This document shows positions 11,549-25,110 of a stretch of DNA of 64,000 nucleotides, one piece after another. Under the pieces are notes generated by a model that saw only the letters and a program-made list of their open reading frames with translations, did not search any database and was not told the DNA's origin. Source of the DNA: Hydrolagus colliei (Eukaryota). The number at the start of each line of letters is the position of its first letter. The first letter of the stretch is position 1. The position numbers and the translations under genes are program-made. The stretch is taken from the NCBI GenBank assembly GCA_035084275.1, contig CM068742.1, forward strand, positions 79,174,001-79,238,000. The letters are read 5' to 3'.

Positions 11549-13029
11549 GAAGGTGATGATATTGTGAATTCATTCTGATATCAACCGCAGTTGATTTATA
11601 GGAATTATCTAAATTAATTTACATAATAATAATCCAAAAAGGTGTGTTGTATGATATCTGTTCATGAGTTTAACAGAGCACTGTTAAATAGCACTTGAGT
11701 TTGAATAACACAAGCATGAAATCCTGATATGGAATTATTTAAAAAAAACACTTAGCAAATATAAATGCATGGCTGTTTATGGAACATTGCTGTGCAAAAA
11801 AATGAGCTGCTGTGCTTACCAAAAATTTATAATAAAATCCTGAAAAACAAGTTGAAACATGTTGATGATGTGATAGTGCTATGTCAATGCAAGAAATATT
11901 CTTAAGTTACTGTAGTTCTTTGCAAAAAGCCGTTTAAAAACTCGCCAATATTTACATTATAAAGACTAGCCCAGCAGAAGTGTGTGTGAATCCAATGAAG
12001 CTACTGTAGTATCTTGCTGTCTGTACAGAGAGGAAACCAGGCTGTATTAGGCTTGGTGCCTTTTGGCAGCCATTGAGAGTGATTCTGACTGATCACAAGT
12101 GACAAACCAGTTATTTTCCCACTGGTAGACATGTGGGTGTGGTGGATGAAGCAGCTGAATTGTGACAAGTACTTTAAAGTCTTCAAACCAGCCCCAAATC
12201 CACCCTTTGCTGTTCCACACACCAACATGAAAATAGCAGCAAAAAAAATCCAATCAAAGCTGCCAAATTGGGTATGGTTCACACTGCATGTTTGGTCTAT
12301 ATCTTGCTCATGTGTTGCCAGATCACTGGAGCTGCTGAGGACAGCCAAGCCAGTCTTCCAACTCTAGCACCTGAGCTGTAGTCAGATTATCTGATGGGAG
12401 CATCACCAAAAAAAAACTGTTGAGATTACTTCCACACCTATTTTTCCAAACTGGTCTCTCCATTCCCTCAAAGAATATAGGAACATGTCATGTCCCCTAC
12501 CCTATTTGGAGGAGGGCTGGGGGTGGAGGGAAGAGGTGGTGCTTTCAACCATTCTACCCCCAATCTCTGGAAGTCCATCACAGTCTCTTCGACTCACCGC
12601 CTCACTTTCAAAGTCTCATTCAAAACTTAATTCTTTGACTGCGCTTTTGGTCAACTTTCCCCCACCCCATCAGATGCACACACTTTCCAACTGCACAGTG
12701 ATCAGCAAGGAAAACTAAGGCTAGTGTTTTTTTCTCTCTTCCCTTGACAGGGAGCATTGATGCCAATTGCAATGGCAAACTGTTCTTATGGCTGAGATCA
12801 GCTAAACCAATGTAAGGCCATTACTGTCCCTATATTGTATTCCACTTTATTTTAGTTAATTAATCGAGTGAAGTCCCAAGGCTCCTTGTGTACAATAGCA
12901 CCAAATATGAAAGGAGCAGGATATATGTGTTTAGATGATGACAAGCTTGGATTTCATAAGTCTGCTGATTGGATGAGGAAGTGAAGAAGGTGAGCTCCTT
13001 GGAAAGTAGGAGTAGGAGATAATCTGGTT

Positions 13030-13335
13030 AATTTGGATATCCACACATTAAAGATCCCAGGGAACCATTCAAAAAGTGAGGGGCGTTTCTGCCAGTGTTC
13101 TGGCCAACAATCCCCCAGATAAAAATTATTCATTCACTTCATGATTGTTTGTTGGACAATGCTGTGTGCAGGGAATCCTGTGAAGCTCTTTAAGACATCT
13201 CTTTCAATGATGTGATAAAGATGCTGTACTGAATGCAAGGCTTATTATTAGGGATTATAATAATAATAGACATCCAGAAGACGTGAAAAGTGCTAGATCA
13301 AATGCAGGAATTATTATTATTATTATTTATTTTAT
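13030..13335 (+). mobile_element. DeuSINE-like 3' fragment with duplicated tail
   Basis: ATTAAAGATCCCAGGG...GTGTTCTGGCCAAC, followed by two successive AATGCA(A/G)G(ATT)n tails. Confidence 0.55.
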
Positions 13336-13946
13336 AATAACGAAGATGGCAAATGGAAGACAGGGTTAAAGAAATTCCAGCTTTCACTTAGAAAGCCTCC
13401 CACCTTGCAGGAGAGATTGCTTGGCTCTGTCCTGCAGGGAACCAGCTTTGGCTGCCTCCAACCTCAGCAGGGTTTCACTGAGCTGTCGACAGCTGAGTGG
13501 CTTTGTGCTGACTGTGGAGACCTGAAAGCTCTTGGGAAGGTAAATTAAACCTAAATTATAAATTGAAAGCACTCTTTGCACCCATACCTACCATCACTTT
13601 TATTAGTCAACCTTTAGAGGCAATTAGACTTTTTACGATACAACTATTAATGTAAGCTTTTATAATATCAATAAACGTATTTACTGATCTCACTATTTCT
13701 TAGTGCAAAATGTATTCGTCTTTTGAGATTATATCGGCACATAAATAAATGATATTGGCTTTAACTGCCATTTGCAATATTTATGGACATAATCACACTG
13801 GGAAGATTACAGTTTAGAGAATTAATGGGAGGTTCCTGACACTGTGGTCAGAGAATATCACCTCTCTCGCAGATGAATGTTCTAAGTCAATTATTTTCTG
13901 TCATCGGTTCAGTATTAAAAAATCTTCTGGTGCTCTTCAAGAATAA

Positions 13947-14300
13947 GTGATTAGAACACTTGCCTCACAAGTGAGAGATAGACCTTGGTTAAATTTCTGT
14001 TAAGGCGAAAAGTTGGGTAATTTTCCTTACTCCACACACACCTCTGTTTACCTAGCAGTCAGTAGGAACCCAGTTGTTAGTCGATTGGTGGATTGCTTTT
14101 CCGTGGATAATAATTCCTTTAAAAAATAATAATTTGGTCACTTCAATTCATGATTGTTTCTGGGACACTGCTGTGCGCATTTGGCTGCCGTGTTTTGCCC
14201 ACAAAAAATAGTCAATTTATTTTACAGTATATTCTATCCAGCATTTTGAAACGTCTTAAAGACATGATATACTGCCATTTCAAATGCAAGAATCATTATT
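13947..14300 (+). mobile_element. tRNA-derived SINE, long subfamily
   Basis: Contains the internal block CCTCTGTTTACCTAGCAG..AGTAGGAACCCAGTTGTTAGTCGATTGGTGGAT and the family tail. Confidence 0.85.
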
Positions 14301-14714
14301 GATAATACATACCACAGAGCACACTGGCAGCTCAGAAAGCCTCACAATGAATGAAATCATTCTTCAAACACTGCATAACCAAACCAACACTTAAACTGGT
14401 CTTATTTGTTTGCAGCAATTAAATCTCTATACTCAGGTGAGGGCTATAAAACTGCTTAAATATCATCCTTGAAATTGTTCACAATGTCCAAAAGTACTCG
14501 ATTAATCAATTCCCTTTACCCACTGTAATCCACTTGTGCGGAATATCTACATCCTTATATATTCAACACATTAATTATCATTTTAGTTTTGATTCCGTTC
14601 CCTGCACTGTAATGACAAGGTTGCTCTTCACACTTTGTCAAGTGTCTCTGAAGAGTCCTATTTTGCACCAATATTCATTTTCCCTGAAACTCAGGAAGAA
14701 ATAATTGAAAATAC

Positions 14715-15029
14715 AATAATAATAGTAATAATAATCTTTGCATTTGATATAGCGCTTTCCACATCTTCTAGCTCTTCACAGAATATAGTGTAAAGTGATT
14801 TGACTGTATATTTGTGGACAAAATGCGACAGCCAATTGCGCTCAGCAGTGTCTTGCAAACAGTCATGGATTGAAATGACCAATTTTATTATTGTTTTTTT
14901 TTGGAGGGATTATTATTAGGCTTGTGGAGTAAGGAAACTTGCCTAAGGTTTTGCCCTGACTTGCTTGGATTCGAACACAGGTCTCATGCTTATAAGGCAA
15001 GTGTTCTAACCAATGAGCTACAGGACTCC
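14715..15029 (-). mobile_element. tRNA-derived SINE, short subfamily
   Basis: Full head GGAGTCCTGTAGCTCA..GGTTAGA, B-box GTTCGAATCC, (ATT)n tail; lacks the internal block. Confidence 0.85.
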
Positions 15030-16280
15030 ACAACAAAATCAAGTAGACGTGGACCGTGAGTGAACTGTGACTGGCAGCCAAAGGCAAGCTACAAAAAAAG
15101 TGCTCACTCACAGCAGAGTAACTAACTCCACTGATTTGAAGCCCTGCAACTTAAAGCATTGTGACAAGTCACTGATATACTCCCACAAACAAAGCCTGAC
15201 TTTGTCCAGCAGTGCACTTCAACGCAATGCAAAGTGGGACCAACAAAAGGCCAAGCGCAACAGCTGTGAAGAACAGTAAAAAAAGTAGAAACTAATAATT
15301 ATTTCACATTATTAAGAATGTTTACTAATGCAACTAATCCGATCTGCAGACATGCTGCATTTATATAGCTAAAACCAACGCACTCATCCGTCCATTGTAC
15401 TGACTGACTGACTGGCTGGCTGGCTGAACAGTGATATCTGACACCAGAGATATTTCCTTCTCAATTCCCGATTCTTAAACCCCAGCAGGACTAATTACCA
15501 TGCTGGTGCTACACTTATCGTAATTAGAGCACTGTCTGTCAGTGAAGACTGCAGTGCCAAGCCCCGGGTCAAAAATGCAATAAAGAAATAAATTATGCTT
15601 GCAGAATGCATTCAGAAACAGAATTTAGACACAGCTGGCATTAGCAAGACATTTCCTCCTGCCATTTTATCATTTACACTTCACTAAACGTTATGGAAAT
15701 GACCAATAAGTCAGCGTGAGAGCAGATATGCCCACTGAGGTAGTATTAATACTCATTTTTATACAATAACAATTGCCACAAACTAATCTTTTAGAATTTT
15801 TTGAAGGCCATTAAGATGTCTGTGTAGCCACAGGAGACGGAGAGGTCTTTGAAACAGGAATTAACCTGTGAAACAAACTTTCGCTCTGTTCCTGTCATTC
15901 AGTCATCAAAACAGGGTGCCTGCCTCATTCTTAATCTGAGCTGATGACAAGAAGATGTCTCAAAACGTTTCACATGATTTATAGTAAAGTGTAGTAACTG
16001 TAGCCAATTTGTGCACAGGTGAATTGTACATTGCAGAGGTTTGATAGCTCATTTGCTTTTCTTTTCTTAAATTGCTACACTATGGTCAGTGTCTGTTTGG
16101 GTGGCTCAGATTTCTAAGCAGCAAGTATCGCACTGCTGGTGACTGGAAAATGGTGTGCTCCCATCTGTTTAAATATCTGTGTTAATATTTTGGACACAGA
16201 CACATTGAGCATGGCAGTGATTGAATTAAAAGATGAAATATTGAAACTGTGTGGTGTTGGGATCAATGACATGTTTGGGA

Positions 16281-16415
16281 ATGAGAGGGAGAGAAGGAGG
16301 GAGAGAAAGAGAGAGGGTGGGGAGGAAGATAGAAAAGAAAGGGGAGATCAAGATGGGGAGAAAAAGTGAAACAGAGAGGGAGAGAGGAAGAGTAAGAGAG
16401 GGAAGGAGGGAGACG
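16281..16415. repeat. Purine-rich (GA) low-complexity tract
   Basis: Almost exclusively G/A on the + strand. Confidence 0.7.
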
Positions 16416-18489
16416 GAGCTTCAGATCAACTGTTTTCAAAAAATTAGGATGGGTGGAGGGGTTGTCCATTGTGACCAGTTATTCACTGGAATTTTGTCAG
16501 TACTGTAATAGAAATTCAAAGTTCTGAAGATGAGAACATAAACATCAAATTATATTTGTATAGCTCTTTCATGCCGAGATGGCATCTTCAGGCGCTAGAC
16601 ACAAGCATTTGCACTCTAGCTGAGGGTTGGGATCAGGAATGATGGGGTAGGAGGGTAGGGGAATCACTAAATGCACTACTTGAATGTATAGTTAGATCTT
16701 GGTGAGTCAATCATAAGCAGCATATCTACCACTCATTGTACATTTCATACTGATGTTAAGTTTATTTGATGGCACCATCCTAACTAACAGCCAGAGACAG
16801 ACCTGTCACGCTTGGGATATGTATTCTTCGTACTCGGTAACTGAAAGCAGACAGTGTGACCTTCTCTGCAAAATAACCTCTTGCTCTTTTGATGTTTGAA
16901 GCTCGACTTCAAAAGGAAAAAATGCTTAAAAGTTGAGGCCAATTTTTTTCTAAAAAAAAAGCAAATTCATTCATTCTATGAGGTAGTGTTTGACCCCTAA
17001 CAGAAGATTCCAAGTGACTGGTAATGAAAGTGAAGATAAGCTGTACCTACAGGGGAGAAGAGTCCAAAGAACTCTTCGTTCCATATGCCTGACTGAAGAG
17101 ACACAGTCCAATTTGACTGTATTTGCTAAAATTAGCTGAAGCTGTATTCTTCGTCTAAAAGGACAATTAATCCCTTATGAACTGGTTGCTTGTTATTTTT
17201 TGCAGCCTGGGCAGCTCTGTTACCTAGTGTATTCCGTCTATTGTATTTTTCTCACTATTGTGTTTTTTTCTTTAGTTAAACTGTTGTTGGTCTGCGTTCT
17301 ATCGCACATTTTGTATGAATAGTAATGAGTGGGACGTGGAGTTCCTAAAAAATATAGAGTCACAGCACTTTACAGTAAAATCCTGTAATTTGAGATGCCC
17401 TTCTGACATGAAAGGTGCAATATCAAATGTGAGCATTCTCTGCAGAATGTGCATTGGGGTACTGCTAGATTTTAACAAATGCAGCTTGCCATTATGAAGA
17501 ACAATAACATGTATACAGCATCCTTCACATGGGGTAGCATCTCGGAGCACTTTACAATGGTGGAGTTTGACCTTGAGCGAGTGGGAGAGGGAGGTAGGGA
17601 AGGTGATTACAAGCGCAATTAAAAAGAAAGATCAAAAAGATTGTGCTTTTCCTTATGATATTACCATTCACCCTGTCAAGTAATCCCCTAAAATCTGAGA
17701 CCCAATTTGTGATGCTCCATCCAGTGCACTGTTTAATACTATGATGGATCTGTGCTTGACAAAGATCCAGCGAGCCATGCTTTCCTATATATGTTATTTT
17801 GTGTGTTGCCTATTCTTCTGAGAACATCTAAATGGTTGATCTAGGTAAACATTCAGTGAAATCAAGAGCAAAATGACAAAGAAGCATTTCAGCAAGAGTT
17901 GATTCATAATGGAAATAAAGTTCTAGGCATCTTAGTTGAACGAGTAAGACAGTGGTCTCAGCTCTTACACTTGGGAATACAATTTGCAGTGTTTGCTAAC
18001 AGTCGCTGGTGTTAATTGCTCAGAATCACTAGGTGGCAATCCAGGGCCCTCCTTTTTTAAGTGATTTATTTATCAGATGTAGTGCCTTGTTTTGAGGGCA
18101 TACCTATGATAAATAGATCACTTAAGAAAATGTTATTGTACGTTACAGCTTCCTAATAGTGGCTTCTAAGTGGTTTTGTGTTTGGTCAATATTTTCTCAG
18201 GTTCAACTGTTGGGAAGGGGAGAAATTTACTTGAAACATGACTGAGTGGTCTCGGCTAAGGCTGATTTGGCTGGGAGGACATCAAACCCTCTTCAACTAG
18301 TACACCCTGGGAAATAGATATTAAGCTAATATATTAGATGTCACCCTGGGGTCTCGCTTCAAATTAAAATGGTGGAATATAGGATCTAACGTTGAGATGA
18401 CTTACCAGGAACTGCTGCAGTGCCCACTAGTGGGTAATTCATGCCTGCATTGTTTATCGAATGTCAAATCTTAATTTGATACTCAAAAT

Positions 18490-18880
18490 CCTTACAATTG
18501 CTACAGCAATGTCAGGACATGTCATGTCAGGTCAATGTCTCAAAGGGCTTCACAGTATTTACTGTAAAGTTTAATGATTATGTATTTTGTAGATGAATGG
18601 GACAGCTAAGTCATGCACAGCAATGTCCCACAAATGGCCGTACAGGTATTTATGTGTGAGATTATTGGTCAGAAGATAGGAAGGAACTCACTTATCTTTT
18701 CAAATACACTAGTGCCATTGGATCCTTCAAGTCTACTTAAACAGGCAGATTAAACATCTTCAGAAGGACAGCACCTCCAACCTGCATTGTATTGGAGTGT
18801 CAGTGTAGATCTTGAGGTGGATGGATTGTGAGCCCATACTATTTTACTTCAGAGATCAGAGTGCTCCAAATTGAGCCACC
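18490..18880 (-). mobile_element. Old DeuSINE/SacSINE1-like SINE
   Basis: GCACAGCAATGTCCCACAAA, TAGTGCCATTGGATCCTT and AGTGCT..AATTGAGCCA in reverse orientation. Confidence 0.55.
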
Positions 18881-19111
18881 TCAAAAAAATTGTCTTAAAA
18901 TTTAAGTGCATAGAAACTTTTTATGTTTAGATTACTCTATTAACATAGCATTTCAAAGAATGCAAACAAATTCCCTAATTTCTTATGTGGTCTTTAGATT
19001 TGCAATTTTGCGATCTCTAAGCTATTATGAGACATTTCAGACTTTTATAGTCCAACAGAAGTCACTGGATAATAATTAAAAGTATGAGTCAATGGCTGTT
19101 TGATAAAAAAA

Positions 19112-19450
19112 TATATAATTCTTGCATTTGATAGAGCACCTTATCACATCTTCAAGACATCTCAAAGCACTTTACAGAATATACTGTAAAGTGAATTGAC
19201 TGTATATTTTGTGGGCGAAACGCGGCAGCCAATTTTGCATAGGTATGTCTCATAAAGAGTTATGGATTGGGTGGCCAAATTATTATTATTTTTTATATCG
19301 TTGATTTTGAGAGGATTATTGCCACCCGGAAAAGCAATCTGCAAATCAATGGACCATATGGCTTCTCCTTTGCTATAATATTCTATGATTCTATTCTATG
19401 ATTTTATGACTAACAATCGTGTTCCTACTTACTGCTAGGTAAACAGAGAC
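19112..19450 (-). mobile_element. Long-subfamily SINE (5' truncated) interrupted by a ~60 bp CR1-type tail at ~19350-19409
   Basis: SINE consensus ...CCAATCGACTAACAA... is split by TGGACCATATGGCTTCTCCTTTGCTATAATATTCTATGATTCTATTCTATGATT. Confidence 0.75.
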
Positions 19451-20354
19451 TTTTCCTTTATCTCGGGGCAATGGAACCATTTGTAAAGGTTCCACCACCA
19501 CCCTGGCTGATATCAGTTCACTCAGCACAGGCTTGGAATCAGATTTGTGACCTACTAAATCCGCGTAGCTAACAAAATCACTGACGGTGTTTTACCACTT
19601 GGGTCTCATTTCTGATATGTGATGATTATGAAATTGTGCCATTTCATTGATTTCTTATAAAATTTGGCTACAACAGGTTCTTGTCCAAGTCTGCCCCTCG
19701 GTCAACAGTTAACCAGAAGAGCAATGGTCAATAATGGTTGTGAATTTAGAACTCAGTTTGCAACCATCATTTACAACTCTCCTGTCGTTCATTAAGTAGT
19801 CCTGTCTTTCATTAAGTAGCACATAATTACTGCAACATAGACATTAATTTATTCTCTTTATGTGCAAGTTCAAGTTAAGAATTTCACTCATTGGAGCATA
19901 TAAACGGCCACTATGGAACCAGCAGCCTAGATGTGCTATATATAATCAATCTGCCATTCACATTTCCAGTGGCCATTACAGACTGTGAAAATGGTTTAAG
20001 CTGCATTGAAAAACATGATCTCTATCCGCCAGGTGCTCTTTGTTCTCTGAAGAGTCCTTGACTGATTGTCTTAGAAGTGGAGAGAGTTGAGTTCAATCCT
20101 ACACTAACTCTAGAGTCCACATTCAGCACATTCTCAAAACCCAGAGACAATAAACAGGATCTGTACAAAGACTTGATGAATACATTATTTTCCAGAGGTA
20201 TGGGGAATGTTTTACATAATGGATATAAACAATATCCTGCTAATGTTACGTAGCATTATTTGTCCTTGAAAAACAAAAAATTAGTTTATCAGTTTACAAG
20301 TGATACCCCAAACAGCTACAAACAGTCAGCATGCCATACATTTCTGGTATAAAA

Positions 20355-20900
20355 GCATTACAACAACAAAGTTACACTCATATAGCGCCTTTCATTTCAG
20401 GAGGACATCCCAAGACGCTGGAAGATTGTATCAGATCTGAGAAGGGGTCGGGGACAGGGAGGGTGGAGGGAAAGGAGGAATTTGGGGTTAACAATGGGAC
20501 CGTCAAAAAGGAGGGTCTTGAGGCGAGACTTGAAGAAGGCCAGGGAGGGGGCGAGGAGCAAGGACTGTGCGATGGAGTTTCAGAGGTTGGGAGCAGAGTG
20601 GCTGAAGGGTCACCTGCCAATGGTGGGGCAGGTGTATTGAGGTACATGGAGCAAGCTGGAGCCTGCTGAGCCAAGGGAGCAGGCAAGTTGGTAGGGGGTT
20701 AGGAGGTCGCAGATGTAGGGTGGGGCGAGGCCATGGAGGGTCTTTGAATGTGAGGACCAGGATTTTGAATTGGATCCTCTGGGTGATGGGGAGCCAATGG
20801 AGTCGGGTGAGGATGGGGGAGATGGGGTCATGAAGCTTGGAGCGGTAAAGGAGACGAGCCGCAGAGTTCTGGATTATCTACAACCTATGGAGGCAGGAAT
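20355..20900 (-). mobile_element. L2 LINE 3' fragment
   Basis: ACAACAAC..TATAGCGCCTTTCA tail; reverse translation gives LHGLAPPYICDLLTPY and TCPTIGR. Confidence 0.85.
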
Positions 20901-21211
20901 TTTAAACTAAAATCTATGCACCTGAACCTAATACTTAACTTCAGGTACTAGCCTATTTGATGATTTATCAAGTATAATGAGTGGTAATTTGACAGGCTTA
21001 AGGAAGAACAGTTTAATGTTTCATCCGTCCTTTGAGGTCCCGTCAAAAATACATAATGTCATACCACTCTATAGTATATCCTATGAAATGTTTTGAGACA
21101 TCTCAATGACATGAAAATGTGTTATGTCAAATTCAAAGATTATTATTATTAAATTTTTTGCTGTAAAATTCATCTCTTGATCAGCACCTGATATCTAGGT
21201 GTTGATATCAA

Positions 21212-21500
21212 GCAACAACAACAAACAATAAAATTACACTTATAGTGCCTTTCACATCAGGAGGATGTCCCAAGGCACTGGACAGTCACTGTCTCAGACC
21301 CGAGCTAGGAAGTGGGGATGGGGGACGGGGGACGGGGGTGGGGGGAGGGATTAGGATTTGCCAATGTGTCCATCGAAGAGGAGAGTATTGAGGTGAGACT
21401 TAAAGGAGACCAGGGAGGGGGTGAGGCGGAGCGACTGTGGGATGGAGTTCCAGAGGTTGGCAGTGTACAGGCCGGTGAACTCTTAGCTGTAGCAGAAGGT
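21212..21500 (-). mobile_element. L2 3' fragment
   Basis: CAACAACAAC...TATAGTGCCTTTCACATCAGGAGGATGTCCCAAGGCACTG tail and GGAGTTCCAGAGG. Confidence 0.75.
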
Positions 21501-22198
21501 GCTCAGAAAATGTATCAATATGTTGTTTACCACATATACTGTAATATTGTGCAATTAATATGTATCCCATAAAATAGCATATAGTATACTGCTGGAGATA
21601 ATTGGTCTTTCTATGAGCCCATCTGTGTTTGTGTGTATGTGGGTAGGTGTTCACTAAAGTACTTTGGCTTCTATGACTATCCTACATTCCATTCAAACCT
21701 TTGAGGACCGATGATTAGTGAGTGTTGAGGCCCAATCGCTAGTTAACTGGAGTGGACACTTATCAGGTTTCTGGGGCCACTGGCAGTCTATCCATCACCA
21801 ACAAAGCATTTCTGGTTTCAATATATTGTTTGTGCCAATTGACTTGGATCCCAACTATGATATGAACGCGTCATTTTTTGAGAGCCTCGGCTTGTTGCTC
21901 GCTGCGACGGCTGATCTTTAAATAGAAGAAATTGCTGCCACTTCCTAAACTGGACAGTGGTAGCATGGAGACAGAGAAAGGTGAATTAAAGGCTTTGAGA
22001 TTTCATAAAGGTTACAAAATGATAACATGAAATAGGCATTACAAGGAATACAAGATAAGGAAGAAATGACAATGCCATATTGATAAATAGTCAGCAGGGT
22101 TAGCAGAAGAAACAAGACACAGAACTACTGAATGAACACTGGTATTTACCTTTCTAATATTTTGCCTAAAATAATCTGTGTAATATTTAGTTTCATTT

Positions 22199-22555
22199 TA
22201 TAATAATCCTTACATTTGATATAGCATTTTCACGTCTTCTAGACATCTCAAAGCACTTCACGGAATCTACTGTACAGTGAATTGATTGTGTGTTTCATGG
22301 GCCTAGTGTGATAGCCAATTGTGCACGGCAGCCGCCCATAAACAGTCGTGGATTGAAGTGAAAACATTTTTTTTCAAGAGATTATTAACGCCAGAAAGCG
22401 ATCCACCAATTGATTAGCTACTGGGTTCCTACTTACTGCTAGGTAAACAGAGGCATGTGGAGTTAGGAAACGTGCCTAATGTTTTGTCCTGCCTGGGAAT
22501 TGAATCTAGGTCTTCTAGCTTGCAAGGCGAATGCTCTAACCGCTAAGCTGTAAGG
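22199..22555 (-). mobile_element. tRNA-derived SINE, long subfamily
   Basis: Near full-length reverse-complement match to the other copies. Confidence 0.85.
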
Positions 22556-23010
22556 TTGATATTAGTTATGAGCTGTTTAAGCATTTTTAGTGCTTAGTGC
22601 TTATGTAAGCATAAAACTTGCAAACCAATCATTCAGACTGATTCTGTAAACCTCCCTGCATTTAGGGGTTAAATGTATTGTAAACTCACTAAACTCTAAT
22701 TACAGAACAAGAGATGAAGAGATTTGGAAGCATTGCCACAACTGCAGCCTTATTATTATCTGCTTTCCTAGTTGCTCAGTACCATATGTTTATGGTGCCA
22801 AACCAGCAACAAAAAGGCACTCCATGAGAAGTAATCTTATCCTTTGTTCATTCTAGAGTCCTATTGTTTAGCCTCTTTTCTTACCAAACGAAAGATGAAT
22901 ATAACCATCTTCAAGCAGCAATGATTATGACATGTTCTTTCCAGACATTTCACCTTGGAGCCAGTTCAGCTCCAAGGAGACCCACCCAACTCCCCCACCA
23001 ACGAGGATCA

Positions 23011-23262
23011 TCCTGTAGCTCAGTGGTTAAAGCACTCACCTCGCAAGCAAGAGACTTGGGTTCGATTCCCAGCAGGGCAAAATGTTGACCAAGTTTCCTT
23101 ACTCCATACGCCTCTGCTTAACTAGCAATAAGTTGGAATCCAGTTGTTAGTTGATTCGCAGATTGCTTCTCCAGGGGTAATAATTCCTTAAAAATAATCA
23201 TTTGATCATTCAATCCACAATTGTTTGTGGGACACTGCTGCAGGCAATTAGCTGGAGTGTTC
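23011..23262 (+). mobile_element. tRNA-derived SINE, long subfamily, 3' truncated
   Basis: A-box TAGCTCAGTGG and B-box GGTTCGATTCC intact. Confidence 0.8.
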
Positions 23263-24436
23263 AAGATCCAATGCATCATGGATGAATATATCAAATAAGA
23301 TGGTTGGCAATGGACAGTCCAGTCTTTCAAGAGTGATAGGCCTGATGAGTCTACCAACAACCCTGACAACAATTTTTAAGGCTGCAGTATACATGCTGAT
23401 TAAAATCTAAAATGTGGCCATGTCTCAACCTAATTAAGAACAATCCATGCTTTTTAAAACTAAATAGTACGAGTTTTATTTCTATATTTCAGGAAACAAG
23501 TTATGAAATAAATTGAAAGAACAACATTGTATATAACCCAGTCTACAATAATTCAATTGACTGGGTTTGGAAAAATACTTATTAAGCCATGGGTTATTTT
23601 TGAGAGTATCTGATAGTGCCAATCTTCAAGATTGACAGGTACTGACGGGACCCAGTAAACATATTTGGAGAATTGGCAGACACGTAAACAATCATGTCAT
23701 TCAGAAGCATTTTTAAATTAAGAAGCGTTTCATGAAATATGACAAGTCTTTCCTGATGGTTACTGCTGACAGAAAACACAGCAGCTGCCTCCCAGAGAGC
23801 TGCAATCATCTGGGTATCCCAACCTCCCGCTATCAATCAGCTCATGTCCTTCAGCTCTTCATTCACTCCTACACCGATCTGCCACGCATCAATGATTTTC
23901 AAATATTCCTGACAATTATCATGCTTCTGAAGCTAGTAAGAGGAGCAGAGGTGAATTCATAAAAATTGATATGGATTATTAGATTTTTTCATTATTAAGT
24001 GGCTTAATGCTTTGAGACATTGTGGCTGATATTAAGCAAAATCATTATTTTTTTTTCAAAATGACTGATTGACACTGGATGCTACTCATCTGGAGCTCCT
24101 GTAAGATCAGCTTCAATAAAACTACCCTCTCTCCCTGAAGGCTGCAGGAACCAAAGTTATTCTAAACTATAGAAGCCAAATTTAGAACACTCCAAGCCTT
24201 TAAAAGGACATAGATAAAACTGGGCAGGGTTCGGTGAAAGGTGACTGGGAATAAGAGTTTCCCAGTTATAAGGAAAGGCTGAAAGATTGAGGGAGAGATG
24301 AGCTACAATCTTAATAAACTCTGGTGCAAACCCTTCACTATCCAATGCCTTGGGACGTCCTCCTGAAATTATATGAATGCAACCTGTTGTTCTTGTTTGT
24401 TGTTGAAACTTTAAAGCTGAGTACTGAGGTGCACAG

Positions 24437-24729
24437 ATAATAATAATATTCCTTTCATTTGACATAGCACCTCATCAAGTCTTCAAGATGTCTCAAATCA
24501 CTTCACAGAATATACTGTAAAGTGAATTGACCGTATATTTTGTAGGCAAATCACAGCAGACAATTGCGCACAGCAGTGTCCCACAAACAGTCAGTGACCA
24601 AATTATTATATTTTTTTCTTGAAGGGTTTATTATACCTGGAAAATTAATTCGCCAATCAACTAACAACCAGATTCCCACTTACTGCTAGTTAGGCAGAGC
24701 ATGTGGAGTAAAGAAGCTTGCCCAAAGTT
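24437..24729 (-). mobile_element. tRNA-derived SINE, long subfamily, 5' truncated
   Basis: Tail, body and internal block in reverse orientation. Confidence 0.8.
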
Positions 24730-24994
24730 TCATCAGATGACCCAGTTTAAGCAGTTTATTTGATCTAGATCATGGTTTGAAAGATAGAGGAATGTAATTA
24801 TGTGTTGTCCATTAGCTTTGAATGAGGCCAAAATGGATAATGTATATGATAAAACAACTTTGCACAATATTTAACAACTATATAGCAATCTTCTGCTTTA
24901 CTGTGTTCCAAAGACTGATCATAGCCCATCTCCTCCTCTCCCTTCACCCTAGATTTTGTCCTGTTAATATTGCCATTCCTATCATTGAGTTCTA

Positions 24995-25110
24995 ATATTA
25001 TAATAATCCTTGCATTTGAGATAATGCCTTATCACGTCTTTGAGATATTTCAAAATGCTTTACAAGATATACTGTAAAGTGAATTAACTGTATATTTTGC
25101 GTACAAAATA
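24995..25110 (-). mobile_element. SINE tail fragment
   Basis: TAATAATCCTTGCATTTGA...ATACTGTAAAGTGAATT. Confidence 0.7.

Noticed and set aside
23011-23085. tRNA gene-like sequence with A and B boxes
   Set aside because: It is the head of a SINE; it continues into the SINE body and recurs many times in the window.
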